From Syntrophobacterales bacterium (GTDB taxonomy: Bacteria > Desulfobacterota > Desulfobaccia > Desulfobaccales > 0-14-0-80-60-11): a stretch of DNA of 64,000 nucleotides. Shown here piece after piece: positions 35,219-45,167 of the stretch. Below the pieces are notes generated by a model that saw only the letters and a list, made by a program, of their open reading frames with translations, ran no database searches and was not told where the DNA came from. The translations under genes were made by a program, and so were the position numbers. Location of the stretch: contig JAILZL010000007.1 of assembly GCA_023512475.1 (NCBI GenBank), positions 7,697 to 71,696 on the forward strand, read 5' to 3'. Position 1 is the first letter of the stretch. Each line of letters starts with the position of its first letter.

Positions 35219-35656
35219 ATGACCAGTGTGGACAAAGCCCCGGTGCCCGCCGAGGAGGAGGTGATTCTCCTCACCCAGGTGGTGGAGGAGCCGCCCACCG
35301 AGCCGGTGCTGGAACTCACGGACGGAGAGGGGGATTTTCTGACGCGGCCTTTTTCTCCGGCCCGACCGGAAGCCCTGCCTGCCGGGGCCGAAACCGATGA
35401 TTCCCTGGCGGACCTCCTGGCGGCTTTAAAGGAGCTGCCCCCGGATTTCGCCGGCCCCGAGGACTCCGCCGCGGACGTGGAGCCCGCCCCGGCGCCGGCC
35501 TTCTCCCTGCCGGAGGCGGAGATGGCGGCGGTGGTGCGCCAGGTGGCCGCCGAGATCATCGAGCGCCTGGCCCGGGAAGTGGTGCCGCAGGTGGCGGAAC
35601 GCCTGGTGGCTCAGGAGATCCGGGCCCTGAAGCAGAGGCTCTGCCGCGAGGACTGA
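35219..35656 (+). CDS. hypothetical acidic, Pro/Glu/Ala-rich protein with a conserved-looking amphipathic C-terminal helix
   Basis: ATG at 35219 is preceded by aggagg. The low-complexity acidic body ends in ...AAVVRQVAAEIIERLAREVVPQVAERLVAQEIRALKQRL. Confidence 0.55.
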   Translation: MTSVDKAPVPAEEEVILLTQVVEEPPTEPVLELTDGEGDFLTRPFSPARPEALPAGAETDDSLADLLAALKELPPDFAGPEDSAADVEPAPAPAFSLPEAEMAAVVRQVAAEIIERLAREVVPQVAERLVAQEIRALKQRLCRED

Positions 35657-35851
35657 TATCCCTGGGACAGTTTTATGATATATAGTGGGAGGGTGCATTG
35701 GGGGCCCACCCCGGCTCCGTCCCTCTCCCTGGGACCCTTAGACGGCGGGCCGTGGGCTTGAATCCAGGACTTTTGGGATGTTGACCCCTGACCCGTGAAT
35801 CCTGGCCCCCGGCCCCCTGGGAGAAGGAATTCGCCGAGGAAGATCACGCAT

Positions 35852-38527
35852 ATGGCGGAAGTTCTGGATAAAGTCTATCACCCCCAACACATCGAAGAGA
35901 AGTGGTACCGCTATTGGGAGGAGTCCGGTTTTTTCCGGGCCGCGGCGGATGGCCGCAGGCCCCCGTACTGTATCGTCATCCCGCCCCCCAACATCACCGG
36001 CTCCCTCCATATGGGGCACGCCCTGAACAACACCCTGCAGGATATTCTCATCCGCTTCAAGCGCATGCAGGGCTATGACGCCCTGTGGATGCCGGGCACC
36101 GACCACGCCGGCATCGCCACCCAGAACGTGGTGGAGCGCATGCTGGCCAAGGAGGGGATAGACCGCCACGCCCTGGGCCGGGAGGCCTTTGTGGCCCGGG
36201 TGTGGAAATGGAAGGAGGAATCCGGCGGCACCATCATCCGCCAGCTCAAGCGCCTGGGCTGCTCCTGCGACTGGAGCCGGGAGCGCTTCACCATGGACGA
36301 CGGGCTCTCCCGGGCGGTCCGGGAGGTCTTCGTCCGCCTCTATGAGGAGGGCCTCATCTACCGGGGGGACTACATCATCAACTGGTGCCCCCGCTGCCTC
36401 ACCGCCCTGGCGGACCTGGAGGTGGAGCACGACCCCCACGAAGGCTACCTGTATTACATCAAGTATCCCCTGGTAGGGCGGGAGGGCTGCCTCACGGTGG
36501 CCACCACCCGGCCGGAGACCCTCCTGGGGGACACCGCGGTGGCGGTGCACCCGGAGGACAAGCGCTATCTGGCCTATCACGGCGCCCTGGTGCGCCTGCC
36601 GGTTCTGGGCCGCCACATTCCGGTGATCACTGACCCCTATGTCTCCATGGAGTTCGGCACCGGCGCCCTGAAGATCACCCCGGCCCATGACCTCAATGAC
36701 TTTGAGGTGGCCAGGCGCCACGGCCTGCCCGCCATCCAGGTCATCGACGAGCGGGGCCTGATGACCGACGCCGCCGGCAAATACCGGGGCATGGACCGCT
36801 TCGGCTGCCGGGAGAAGATCGTCAAGGAGCTCAAGGCCGACGGCCTCCTGGAGAAGATGGAGCGCTACCATGTGCCGGTGGGCCACTGCTACCGCTGCCG
36901 CACCGTGGTGGAGCCCCTCCTGTCCAAGCAGTGGTTCGTGGCGGTGAAATCCCTGGCCGAGCCCGCGGTGGCCGCGGTGCGGGAGGGCCGCATCCGGCTC
37001 ATTCCCCCCTCCTGGGAGAACAGCTTCTTCGACTGGATGGGCAATATCCGGGATTGGTGCATCTCCCGCCAGATCTGGTGGGGGCACCGCATTCCGGCCT
37101 GGACCTGCGCCGACTGCGGGGAGATGACCGTGGCCCGGAAGGACCCCACGGTGTGTGCGCAGTGCGGCGGCACCCGCCTGGAGCAGGAGACGGACGTTCT
37201 GGACACCTGGTTCTCCTCGGCCCTGTGGCCCTTCTCCACCCTGGGCTGGCCCGACGACACCCCGGAGCTGCGCCTCTTTTATCCCACCAGCGTCCTGGTC
37301 ACCGCCTTTGACATCCTGTTTTTCTGGGTGGCCCGCATGATGATGATGGGCCTGCATATCATGAGGGAGGTGCCCTTCCGGGAGGTCTACATCCACGCCC
37401 TGGTGCGGGATGCGGAAGGCCAGAAGATGAGCAAGTCCAAGGGGAACATCGTGGATCCCCTGGATCTCATGGAGACCTATGGCACCGACGCCTTCCGCTT
37501 CTCCCTGGCGGCCTTCGCGGCCATGGGCCGGGACATCCGCCTCTCCGAGGAGCGCATCCTGGGCTACCGCAATTTCGTCAACAAGGTGTGGAACGCCTGC
37601 CGCTTCACCCTGATGAACCTGGAGGGCTATGATGCGGCGGCCGGCCGGGGGGAAGCGCCCCTCAGCACCGTGGAGGCCTGGATCTTAAGCCGCCTGCAGC
37701 AGGTCATCCGGGAGGTGACAGACTCCCTGGATACTTACGAATTCGACCGGGCGGCCCATGTGCTCTACCAGTTCATCTGGCACGAATTCTGTGACTGGTA
37801 CCTGGAGTTCATCAAACCCGATCTGGCCCCCACCGCCTACGGGCAGGTGCGGCGCCGGGCCCAGGGGGTGCTGGTGGAGGTGCTGAGCGCCATCCTGAGA
37901 TTGCTTCACCCATTCATGCCCTTCATCACCGAAGAGGTGTGGCACAAGCTCCCCGGAGCGGCGGGGAGCATCATGGTGGCCCCCTTCCCGGAGCCGGACC
38001 CGGCGTGGGAGAATCCCGCGGCCGAGGCGGAGATCGGCCTGGTAAAGGAGGCCATCGTGGCCATCCGCAACCTCCGGGCCGAGATGAACATCCCGCCCGC
38101 CGCCCAAGTGGAGATCCTCTGCTTCAGCCAGGACCCCCAGGGGCTGGAGATCCTGGAGAAGCACCGGCGCAGCCTGATGCAGTTGGCCCGCCTGCAGCGG
38201 CTGGAGCTCAACCCGCCCGCCGGCGCGCCGGCTGCGGCGGCCAAGGCGGTCCTGGTCACCCCGGCCAAGGCCGGTGTGGAGCTGGCCATGCCCCTGGCGG
38301 ATCTCCTGGACTTCACCGAGGAGGAGCGCCGTCTGAGCCGGGAGATGGAAAAGCTGGGGAAAGAGTTGGCTCAGGTGCAGAAAAAGCTGGCCAACGAGGA
38401 CTTCCTCACCAAGGCCCCGGCGGAGGTGGTGGCCCGGGATCGGGAGCGCCTGGCGGCCCTGAGCGAAAAGCTGGCCAAACTCAGAAGCCATCATCAGCGG
38501 CTCCTGGAGCTCCGGGGGAAAGGCTAA
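35852..38527 (+). CDS. valS: valine--tRNA ligase
   Basis: It has PPPNITGSLHMGH (HIGH), KMSKSKGN (KMSKS), the editing domain and a C-terminal coiled coil. ATG at 35852 fits the conserved N-terminus (MAEVLDKVYHPQHIEEKWY). Confidence 0.95.
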   Translation: MAEVLDKVYHPQHIEEKWYRYWEESGFFRAAADGRRPPYCIVIPPPNITGSLHMGHALNNTLQDILIRFKRMQGYDALWMPGTDHAGIATQNVVERMLAKEGIDRHALGREAFVARVWKWKEESGGTIIRQLKRLGCSCDWSRERFTMDDGLSRAVREVFVRLYEEGLIYRGDYIINWCPRCLTALADLEVEHDPHEGYLYYIKYPLVGREGCLTVATTRPETLLGDTAVAVHPEDKRYLAYHGALVRLPVLGRHIPVITDPYVSMEFGTGALKITPAHDLNDFEVARRHGLPAIQVIDERGLMTDAAGKYRGMDRFGCREKIVKELKADGLLEKMERYHVPVGHCYRCRTVVEPLLSKQWFVAVKSLAEPAVAAVREGRIRLIPPSWENSFFDWMGNIRDWCISRQIWWGHRIPAWTCADCGEMTVARKDPTVCAQCGGTRLEQETDVLDTWFSSALWPFSTLGWPDDTPELRLFYPTSVLVTAFDILFFWVARMMMMGLHIMREVPFREVYIHALVRDAEGQKMSKSKGNIVDPLDLMETYGTDAFRFSLAAFAAMGRDIRLSEERILGYRNFVNKVWNACRFTLMNLEGYDAAAGRGEAPLSTVEAWILSRLQQVIREVTDSLDTYEFDRAAHVLYQFIWHEFCDWYLEFIKPDLAPTAYGQVRRRAQGVLVEVLSAILRLLHPFMPFITEEVWHKLPGAAGSIMVAPFPEPDPAWENPAAEAEIGLVKEAIVAIRNLRAEMNIPPAAQVEILCFSQDPQGLEILEKHRRSLMQLARLQRLELNPPAGAPAAAAKAVLVTPAKAGVELAMPLADLLDFTEEERRLSREMEKLGKELAQVQKKLANEDFLTKAPAEVVARDRERLAALSEKLAKLRSHHQRLLELRGKG

Positions 38528-38711
38528 TTCCGGAGCGGGGGCCGGGGCGAGAGGCCGGAGAGCGGGGGCGGAGGGCAGGGGCCGGCGGATTGCCACCGGG
38601 CGCCCGGCCGGGGGCCGGAGCCGGTCAGGGGCAGGGAGAGGGAGGAGAAGGCCACCGCTCCCTCATGGCCCCTTGCCCCCTGGCCCGGGGCCGCCTCATG
38701 AATGGCCGCAG

Positions 38712-38813
38712 TGGTGCACTCCACTTTCATGGGATAAGCACTGGAAACCTCCGGCAACCTGACGGATGAGGATTTCGCCGCGATGGTGTACTCCACTTTC
38801 ACGGAATGAGCAC
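38712..38813 (+). repeat. tandem direct repeat (two 30-nt cores, period 72 nt; similarity extends to ~45 nt) immediately upstream of the mini-ORF/nadC
   Basis: 38712-38741 is TGGTGCACTCCACTTTCATGGGATAAGCAC and 38784-38813 is TGGTGTACTCCACTTTCACGGAATGAGCAC (4 mismatches). Each is also preceded by GCCGC and ATGA blocks. Confidence 0.7.
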
Positions 38814-38818
38814 GCTCC

Positions 38819-39004
38819 ATGAGTGAAATATCCCTCCTCTGCCCCATCGCCCCGGCGGGCCTGTGTCTCTATGAGGCCTGTCCGTATTGGGAGGAGGACC
38901 AGGGCGGCTGCACCGCCTGCTTCCAGGAGGCACCCGCCCCTGGACCGCTCCCGGCGGATGCGGCGTCCCCATGTGTCATCCCCTGGCAGGAGGAGAGCGA
39001 CTGA
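38819..39004 (+). CDS. hypothetical Cys-rich mini-protein (61 aa)
   Basis: Third codon positions are predominantly G/C. It has six Cys (C8, C16, C21, C31, C34, C52, including CTAC). The stop lies 2 nt before the nadC ATG. The SD is weak. Confidence 0.4.
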   Translation: MSEISLLCPIAPAGLCLYEACPYWEEDQGGCTACFQEAPAPGPLPADAASPCVIPWQEESD

Positions 39005-39006
39005 GG

Positions 39007-39873
39007 ATGTCCCTGGCCGGCCCCGATCCCTTCTTCCCCCGTCTCGCCCCCCAGGTGGAACGCCTCATCGACCTGGCCCTGGAGGAGGATCTCGGCCCCG
39101 GGGATGTCACCACCCAGGCCCTCATCCCCCCGGAGCAGGAGGGGGTGGCCCACATCCGGGCCAAGGAGACCCTGGTGGTGGCGGGACTGCCGGTGGCAGC
39201 CCGGGTCTTTGCCCGGGTCTCCCCGGCGCTGCGCTTCCTCCCCCGGGTGGCGGAGGGGGAGGAGGTGGGCCCCGGCACGGTGCTGGCGGAGGTGGCCGGC
39301 CCTGTGGCCCCCATCCTCACGGCGGAGCGCACCGCCCTCAATTTCCTCATGCGCCTCTCCGGTATTGCCACCTACACCCGGCGGCTGGTGGCTCTCCTCC
39401 GGGAGACCCCTGTGGCCCTGGTGGACACCCGCAAGACCACCCCGGGCTGGCGGCTGCTGGAGAAGTACGCCGTGCGCCTGGGGGGCGGGGCCAACCACCG
39501 CTTCGGCCTCTTTGACGGGGTGCTCATCAAGAACAACCACCTCACCGCGGTGGGCTCGGTGGCCGAGGCGGTGCGCCGGGCCCGGGCCCGGGTGCACCGG
39601 CTCCTCAGGGTGGAGGTGGAGGTGAGCACCCTCACGGAGCTCAAGGAGGCCCTGGAGGCGGGCGCGGACCTCATCCTCCTGGACAATATGGATGAGGACA
39701 CCCTGGCGGAGGCGGTGCGCCTCACCGCCGGCCGGGCCCTCCTGGAGGCCTCCGGCGGCATGACCCCGGAGCGCCTCCTCCGGGTGGCGGCCACCGGGGT
39801 GCATTTCATCTCCATGGGGGCCTTAACCCACAGCGCCCCGGCGGTGGATCTGCACCTGCGCCTCCTGAGGTGA
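39007..39873 (+). CDS. nadC: nicotinate-nucleotide diphosphorylase (carboxylating)
   Basis: LALEEDLGPGDVTT, LTAERTALNFL, DTRKTTPG.R.LEKYAV..GGG.NHR, LDNM and SGG match NadC. The RBS aggaggag is 10 nt upstream. Confidence 0.9.
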   Translation: MSLAGPDPFFPRLAPQVERLIDLALEEDLGPGDVTTQALIPPEQEGVAHIRAKETLVVAGLPVAARVFARVSPALRFLPRVAEGEEVGPGTVLAEVAGPVAPILTAERTALNFLMRLSGIATYTRRLVALLRETPVALVDTRKTTPGWRLLEKYAVRLGGGANHRFGLFDGVLIKNNHLTAVGSVAEAVRRARARVHRLLRVEVEVSTLTELKEALEAGADLILLDNMDEDTLAEAVRLTAGRALLEASGGMTPERLLRVAATGVHFISMGALTHSAPAVDLHLRLLR

Positions 39874-40399
39874 CGGCTGGCCCAAAGCGGCGAGGCAGAA
39901 ATCTCCATGATCCCCATTCCGCCAAGGCACTTTTCCCTTAAGAAAGCGGGGTTCTGGCCCGAAAAGCCGGGAGGGGGCGGGAGGAAAACCGGGCCGTCAT
40001 CTTCAGATGACGGCGTCGTCGCTCCCGGGGGAGATTCTCCTGTTTGTGGGGGCCGTCGGGGAAACCCCGGGGCCCGCCCGAGGACTCCGGCACCCTTCAG
40101 GGCACCGGGCTGCAAGGGGGGATGCCGGGGCAGGGGGGCAGATTTTTTGCCGGCTCCCGGGGGCCGGCGGTCGCTCCCGGGGCTGCCAGGCGTGGGCCGG
40201 GCGGCGGCAACGGGGGCGGGCGCCGCAAGTCCTCCGGCCAGGGGCCTCGGAGGCCTGGGGCGCCTTCAGGCCGCGCCGTACCGCCTCGGGCGGCTAAGTT
40301 TTCAGGGCCGCCTCTCCCCTCGCCGGCCCCCGACCGGGGGGTGCCGGAGGAAAAATTTTCTCCGGGGCGAAAATATTTTATCGGGGAAGCGAAATACGC

Positions 40400-40429
40400 T
40401 TGACAAGGTTTTGTCTCCGCGCCTAAAAT
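40400..40429 (+). promoter_or_regulatory. sigma70-type promoter for the outer-membrane protein gene
   Basis: TTGACA (40400-40405), an 18-nt spacer, then TAAAAT (40424-40429). It leaves a ~120-nt leader before the ATG at 40554. Confidence 0.55.
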
Positions 40430-40553
40430 GGGCCCGGATGGAAATGGCCGGCGGGGATGGCCGGCAACCCACGGAAGAAAAGGAGGAAATGGTTCGGCAG
40501 TTCGGAAACGGGGGATGTAACCCAAAATTTTTCATTCAAGGGGGATACCTTTC

Positions 40554-41609
40554 ATGAAAAAGAACCTGATGTTCGTGGGGTTGGTGCTGGTGGCCCTGGC
40601 CCTCCTGCCCGCTGCGGCCACCGCGGAAATGTACATCGAGGGCTACATCGGCGGCGTCGGCGTGGCCAACGACTCCCTGGGATTTTCGGGAACCGGCTCC
40701 GGATCGCAAACTTATAACTTTGGTGATGGTGTAAATATCTTGGGGACCACATACGATAATGTTACGTTGACAACCCAGTCTTTTTGGGGCTTTAACGGCA
40801 CTATTCCCGGCAGGCTGGACAATCCCTTCTTCACCGGCGGCCTGAAGCTGGGCATCTGGTTTGACCGCACCGGCATCACCGGCGGCTACGCCTGGCCCGA
40901 CTGGATGAAGTATTTCGGTTTCTATCTGGATATGTCCTACCACAATATCAACTACCGGCCCCAGAACTTCACCGGCAGCTTTGGCATGCTCACTTCCGGC
41001 ACTTTGACCGGCGAGCCGGTCAGTTTCAATGGTAACGGGTCCACAGCAGAAAGCCTAGCTGATGCGGTGGAAGGAGCCTCTGGGACTTTCCAGAATGCCT
41101 TCTCCAGCCGGGGCCGCATGTTTACCCTGGCCTTTATGTTCGCCGCCCGCATGGGCTTCTATCCCGATTCCGAGGTGCCCTTCGGCCGGCTGCAGCCTTA
41201 CATCGCGGTGGGCCCGGCCCTCTTTGTCAGCAGCCAGTCGCCTGCCTTTGACACCGGCTGGTTTGTCACCGAGGGCGAAATCAGTTTCGAGCGGGATGAT
41301 TTCGGTCTGGCGCCGGTTTTCAGCGGCCTTTACATCGGTGGCCCTCACAGGTTCCAAATCCTCAACAAGACCAAGTCCTCCGTGGATGTCGGCCTGGCGG
41401 TGGATGCCGGTTTCCGCTACTATGCTCTGAAGAACGTCTCCATCGATGTGTTCTTCAAGTATCGCTGGGTGGAACCCTCTTATTCTTTCACTCTCCGCAG
41501 CACTGTGACCGACCCGCTGGGAGTTGAATATGTGCGTAATCATTCCTTCAAGATGAACCCCAGCTACCACATGTTCAGCGGCAACATCGGCGTGGCTTAT
41601 CACTTCTAA
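40554..41609 (+). CDS. outer-membrane beta-barrel protein (porin/OmpA-beta-like), family not named
   Basis: It has signal peptide MKKNLMFVGLVLVALALLPAAATA, alternating aromatic/Gly-rich beta-strand pattern and a C-terminal ...GVAYHF. It is visibly AT-richer than its neighbours. Confidence 0.75.
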   Translation: MKKNLMFVGLVLVALALLPAAATAEMYIEGYIGGVGVANDSLGFSGTGSGSQTYNFGDGVNILGTTYDNVTLTTQSFWGFNGTIPGRLDNPFFTGGLKLGIWFDRTGITGGYAWPDWMKYFGFYLDMSYHNINYRPQNFTGSFGMLTSGTLTGEPVSFNGNGSTAESLADAVEGASGTFQNAFSSRGRMFTLAFMFAARMGFYPDSEVPFGRLQPYIAVGPALFVSSQSPAFDTGWFVTEGEISFERDDFGLAPVFSGLYIGGPHRFQILNKTKSSVDVGLAVDAGFRYYALKNVSIDVFFKYRWVEPSYSFTLRSTVTDPLGVEYVRNHSFKMNPSYHMFSGNIGVAYHF

Positions 41610-41633
41610 GCGGCGCCCTCTGAGGTCTGCCCG

Positions 41634-41659
41634 GGCGGCCCTGCGGGGCCGCCTTTTTT
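41634..41659 (+). terminator. Rho-independent terminator after the OMP gene
   Basis: GGCGGCCC-tgcg-GGGCCGCC followed by TTTTTT. Confidence 0.8.
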
Positions 41660-41794
41660 ATGGCCTGAAAGCGCCCGCCTCCGCGCCCGGGGCCTTGTCC
41701 GCCGGGGCACCGCCGTGATATGGTGTTAGCCGCGCCCCGCCCCGGGCGGCTCCCCGGGGAGGGCGGAGATCTCAGCTCCCGTGACTTGGCATCC

Positions 41795-42658
41795 ATGTTC
41801 GTCCAGCAGCTCATCAACGGCCTCACCACCGGCGCCGCCTACGCCCTCATCGCCCTGGGCTACACCATGATCTACGGCATTTTGGGCCTCATCAACTTCG
41901 CCCAGGGCGAGCTCTACATGTGCGGCGCCTTTGTGGCCGTGCTCCTGTTGGCCAGCGGCCAGGTGGGGTTTGTGGGGGCCTTTCTGGCGGGGATGCTGGC
42001 CGCGGCGCTCCTGGGAGTGGCCCTGGAGCGGGTGGCCTTCCGGCCCCTGCGGGGCTCCCACCCCCTGGTGCCCCTGCTGAGCGCCATCGGTGCCTCCATC
42101 TTCCTCCAGAGCCTGGCCCTCCTCCTCTTCGGCCCCAGTGACCGGCCCTTCCCGGTGCAGTTCGAGTTCCGCACCGTGGAGCTGGCGGGCCTGCCCGTCT
42201 CCACCCTCCAGGGCCTCATCCTCCTCACCGCCCTGGGGTTCATGGTGCTGCTGCTGGCGTTTGTCAAGTACACCACCTACGGCAAGGCCATCATCGCCTG
42301 CGCCCTGGACCGGGACACCGCCCGCCTCATGGGCATCAATGTGGACCGCATGGTGGCCCTCACCTTTTTCCTGGGCTCGGCCTTAAGTGGCGCCGCGGGC
42401 ATCCTCATGGCCATCTACTACAACGCCACCTACCCCCGCATGGGGCTCCTGCCGGGGCTCAAGGCCTTCAGCGCCGCCATCCTGGGCGGGGTGGGCAGCA
42501 TCCCCGGGGCCATCCTGGGGGGCCTTCTTTTGGGGGTGGCGGAAAGCCTGGGCGCCGGGTATCTCTCCAGCGGCTACAAGGACGCGGTGGCCTTCGTGAT
42601 CCTCATCCTGGTGCTGCTCCTGCGGCCCCAGGGGATCCTGAAGGGCAAAGGCCACTGA
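41795..42658 (+). CDS. livH: branched-chain amino acid ABC transporter permease (LivH type)
   Basis: MFVQQLINGLTTGAAYALIALGYTMIYG...INFAQGE... is the typical LivH N-terminus. The protein is multi-TM. Confidence 0.85.
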   Translation: MFVQQLINGLTTGAAYALIALGYTMIYGILGLINFAQGELYMCGAFVAVLLLASGQVGFVGAFLAGMLAAALLGVALERVAFRPLRGSHPLVPLLSAIGASIFLQSLALLLFGPSDRPFPVQFEFRTVELAGLPVSTLQGLILLTALGFMVLLLAFVKYTTYGKAIIACALDRDTARLMGINVDRMVALTFFLGSALSGAAGILMAIYYNATYPRMGLLPGLKAFSAAILGGVGSIPGAILGGLLLGVAESLGAGYLSSGYKDAVAFVILILVLLLRPQGILKGKGH

Positions 42659-42687
42659 CGGGAGGAGCATCGTCTCATCGGGCACCC

Positions 42688-43572
42688 ATGACCGCCTACC
42701 TCCTCCATCTGGCCATCCTGACGGGCATTCACATCATCCTGGCCGTGAGCCTCAACCTCATCATCGGCTATGCCGGCCAGGTGTCCTTGGGGCACGCCGC
42801 CTTCTACGGCATCGGCGCCTATGTCTCGGCCCTTTTGGCCCTGCACCTTGGTCTCCCCTTTCCGGCCTGCATGGCCGCCGCGGGGCTGGCCGCCGGCTTC
42901 TGCGGCCTGGGTTTGGGCCTGCCTACGTTGCGCCTCAAGGAGGACTACCTGGCCATCGTCACCCTGGGCTTCGGGGTGATTGTGGACCTCATCCTCCTCA
43001 ATCTGGAGATCACCGGCGGCCCCGACGGGCTGGTGGGCATCCCGGCGCCCGTGATTTTCGGGCTGAGCTTCCGGCCCCAGCCCCGGTTCCTGGCCCTCAC
43101 CGTCCTCCTCACCCTGCTGGTCCTGACCCTGGCCGCCGCCCTGGTGCGCTCCTACCACGGCCGGGCCCTGAGGGCCATCCGGGACCACGAAACCACCGCC
43201 CAGGTCCTGGGGATCAACACCCCGGCCTACAAGATCGCGGTCTTCACCCTGGCCGCGGCCCTGGCCGGGCTGGCCGGCTCCCTCTATGCCCACTACATCA
43301 CCTTCATCAACCCGGAATCCTTCGGGCTGCACACCTCCATCCTGGTGCTCTCCATGGTGATCCTGGGGGGGATGGGGTCCCTGGCGGGCTCCGTGGCGGG
43401 CGCGGTCATCCTCACCGTGCTGCCGGAGCTCTTCCGGCAGTTCAAGGATTATCAGGACCTGGCCTATGGCGCCCTGCTGGTGACTCTGCTGATTTTCCGC
43501 CCCCAGGGCCTGCTGGGGGGAGGCCAACTGAGCCTGAAATTCTTGCGGAAGGGGGAGGAGGGGAGGGGCTGA
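42688..43572 (+). CDS. livM: branched-chain amino acid ABC transporter permease (LivM type)
   Basis: ...LNLIIGYAGQVSLGHAAFYGIGAY...LRLKEDYLAIVTLGF... is the LivM signature. Confidence 0.85.
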   Translation: MTAYLLHLAILTGIHIILAVSLNLIIGYAGQVSLGHAAFYGIGAYVSALLALHLGLPFPACMAAAGLAAGFCGLGLGLPTLRLKEDYLAIVTLGFGVIVDLILLNLEITGGPDGLVGIPAPVIFGLSFRPQPRFLALTVLLTLLVLTLAAALVRSYHGRALRAIRDHETTAQVLGINTPAYKIAVFTLAAALAGLAGSLYAHYITFINPESFGLHTSILVLSMVILGGMGSLAGSVAGAVILTVLPELFRQFKDYQDLAYGALLVTLLIFRPQGLLGGGQLSLKFLRKGEEGRG

Positions 43573-43632
43573 GGTCATCTTTCCGGGGGGCAGGGAGCCA
43601 CCGCTTCCTGGCCCTCCCCACCCAGGAGGGCG

Positions 43633-44354
43633 ATGCTCACCTTAAAAAGCGTGCAGGCAGGCTACGGGCGGCTGGTGGTGCTCAAGGGCGTCTCCCTGCA
43701 CGTGCGCGCCGGCGAAGTGGTGACCCTCATCGGCGGCAACGGCGCCGGCAAAAGCACCCTCCTCAAGGCCGTCTGCGGCCTGGTGCCGGTGCGCCGGGGG
43801 GTGGTGGAGTTTGCCGGCCAGGATCTCACCCGGCTGCCGGCGGAGCGCATCGTCAGCCTGGGGCTGGCCCTGGTCCCCGAAGGCCGGCGGGTCTTCGCCT
43901 CCCTGAGCGTGGCCGCCAATCTGGAGCTGGGGGCCTTCCACCGCCGGGACCGGCAGCAGGTGCGCCGGGATCTGGAGGAGCTGATGGCCCGCTTCCCCCT
44001 CCTCCGGGAGCGGGCCGGTCAGCCCGCGGGGACGCTCTCCGGCGGGGAACAGCAGATCCTGGCCATCGCCCGGGCCCTCATGTCCCGGCCCCGGCTCCTC
44101 ATGCTGGATGAACCCTCCATGGGGTTGGCGCCCAAGATGCTGGCCCAGGTGTATGAGATTCTGGGGGAGCTGAAGCGGGCCGGCACCACCCTGCTTTTGG
44201 TGGAGCAGAACGCCCGGGCCGCCCTGAAGCTGGCGGACCGGGGCTATGTGCTGGAGACCGGCCGCATCATCCTCCAGGGAAGCGCGGCGGAGTTGCAGGA
44301 GGACCCGGAGGTGCAGCGGGCCTACCTGGGGAAAGGCTACCGGGAAGTGTGGGA

Positions 44355-44358
<4 letters not shown>
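43633..44358 (+). CDS. livF: branched-chain amino acid ABC transporter ATP-binding protein (LivF type)
   Basis: It has Walker A (GGNGAGKST), LSGGEQQ, LLMLDEPS and a C-terminal ...VQRAYLG. Confidence 0.85.
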
Positions 44359-45143
<785 letters not shown>

Positions 45144-45167
45144 GTTCCGTGTCCACCGGAGGACGTC

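Noticed and set aside
38712-38813. A CRISPR array (30-nt repeats with a 42-nt spacer).
   Set aside because: There are only two copies, they differ at 4 positions, and no cas genes or leader are present. It is reported as a tandem repeat instead.
39907-40557. A 216-aa ORF and overlapping ORFs in the nadC-OMP gap, plus an RNase P-like GGGAGGAAAACCGGGCC string.
   Set aside because: The ORFs are Gly/Arg/Pro-rich with no SD or motif. The string only superficially resembles the RNase P GAGGAAAGTCCGGGC box, and none of the other conserved RNase P regions are present.
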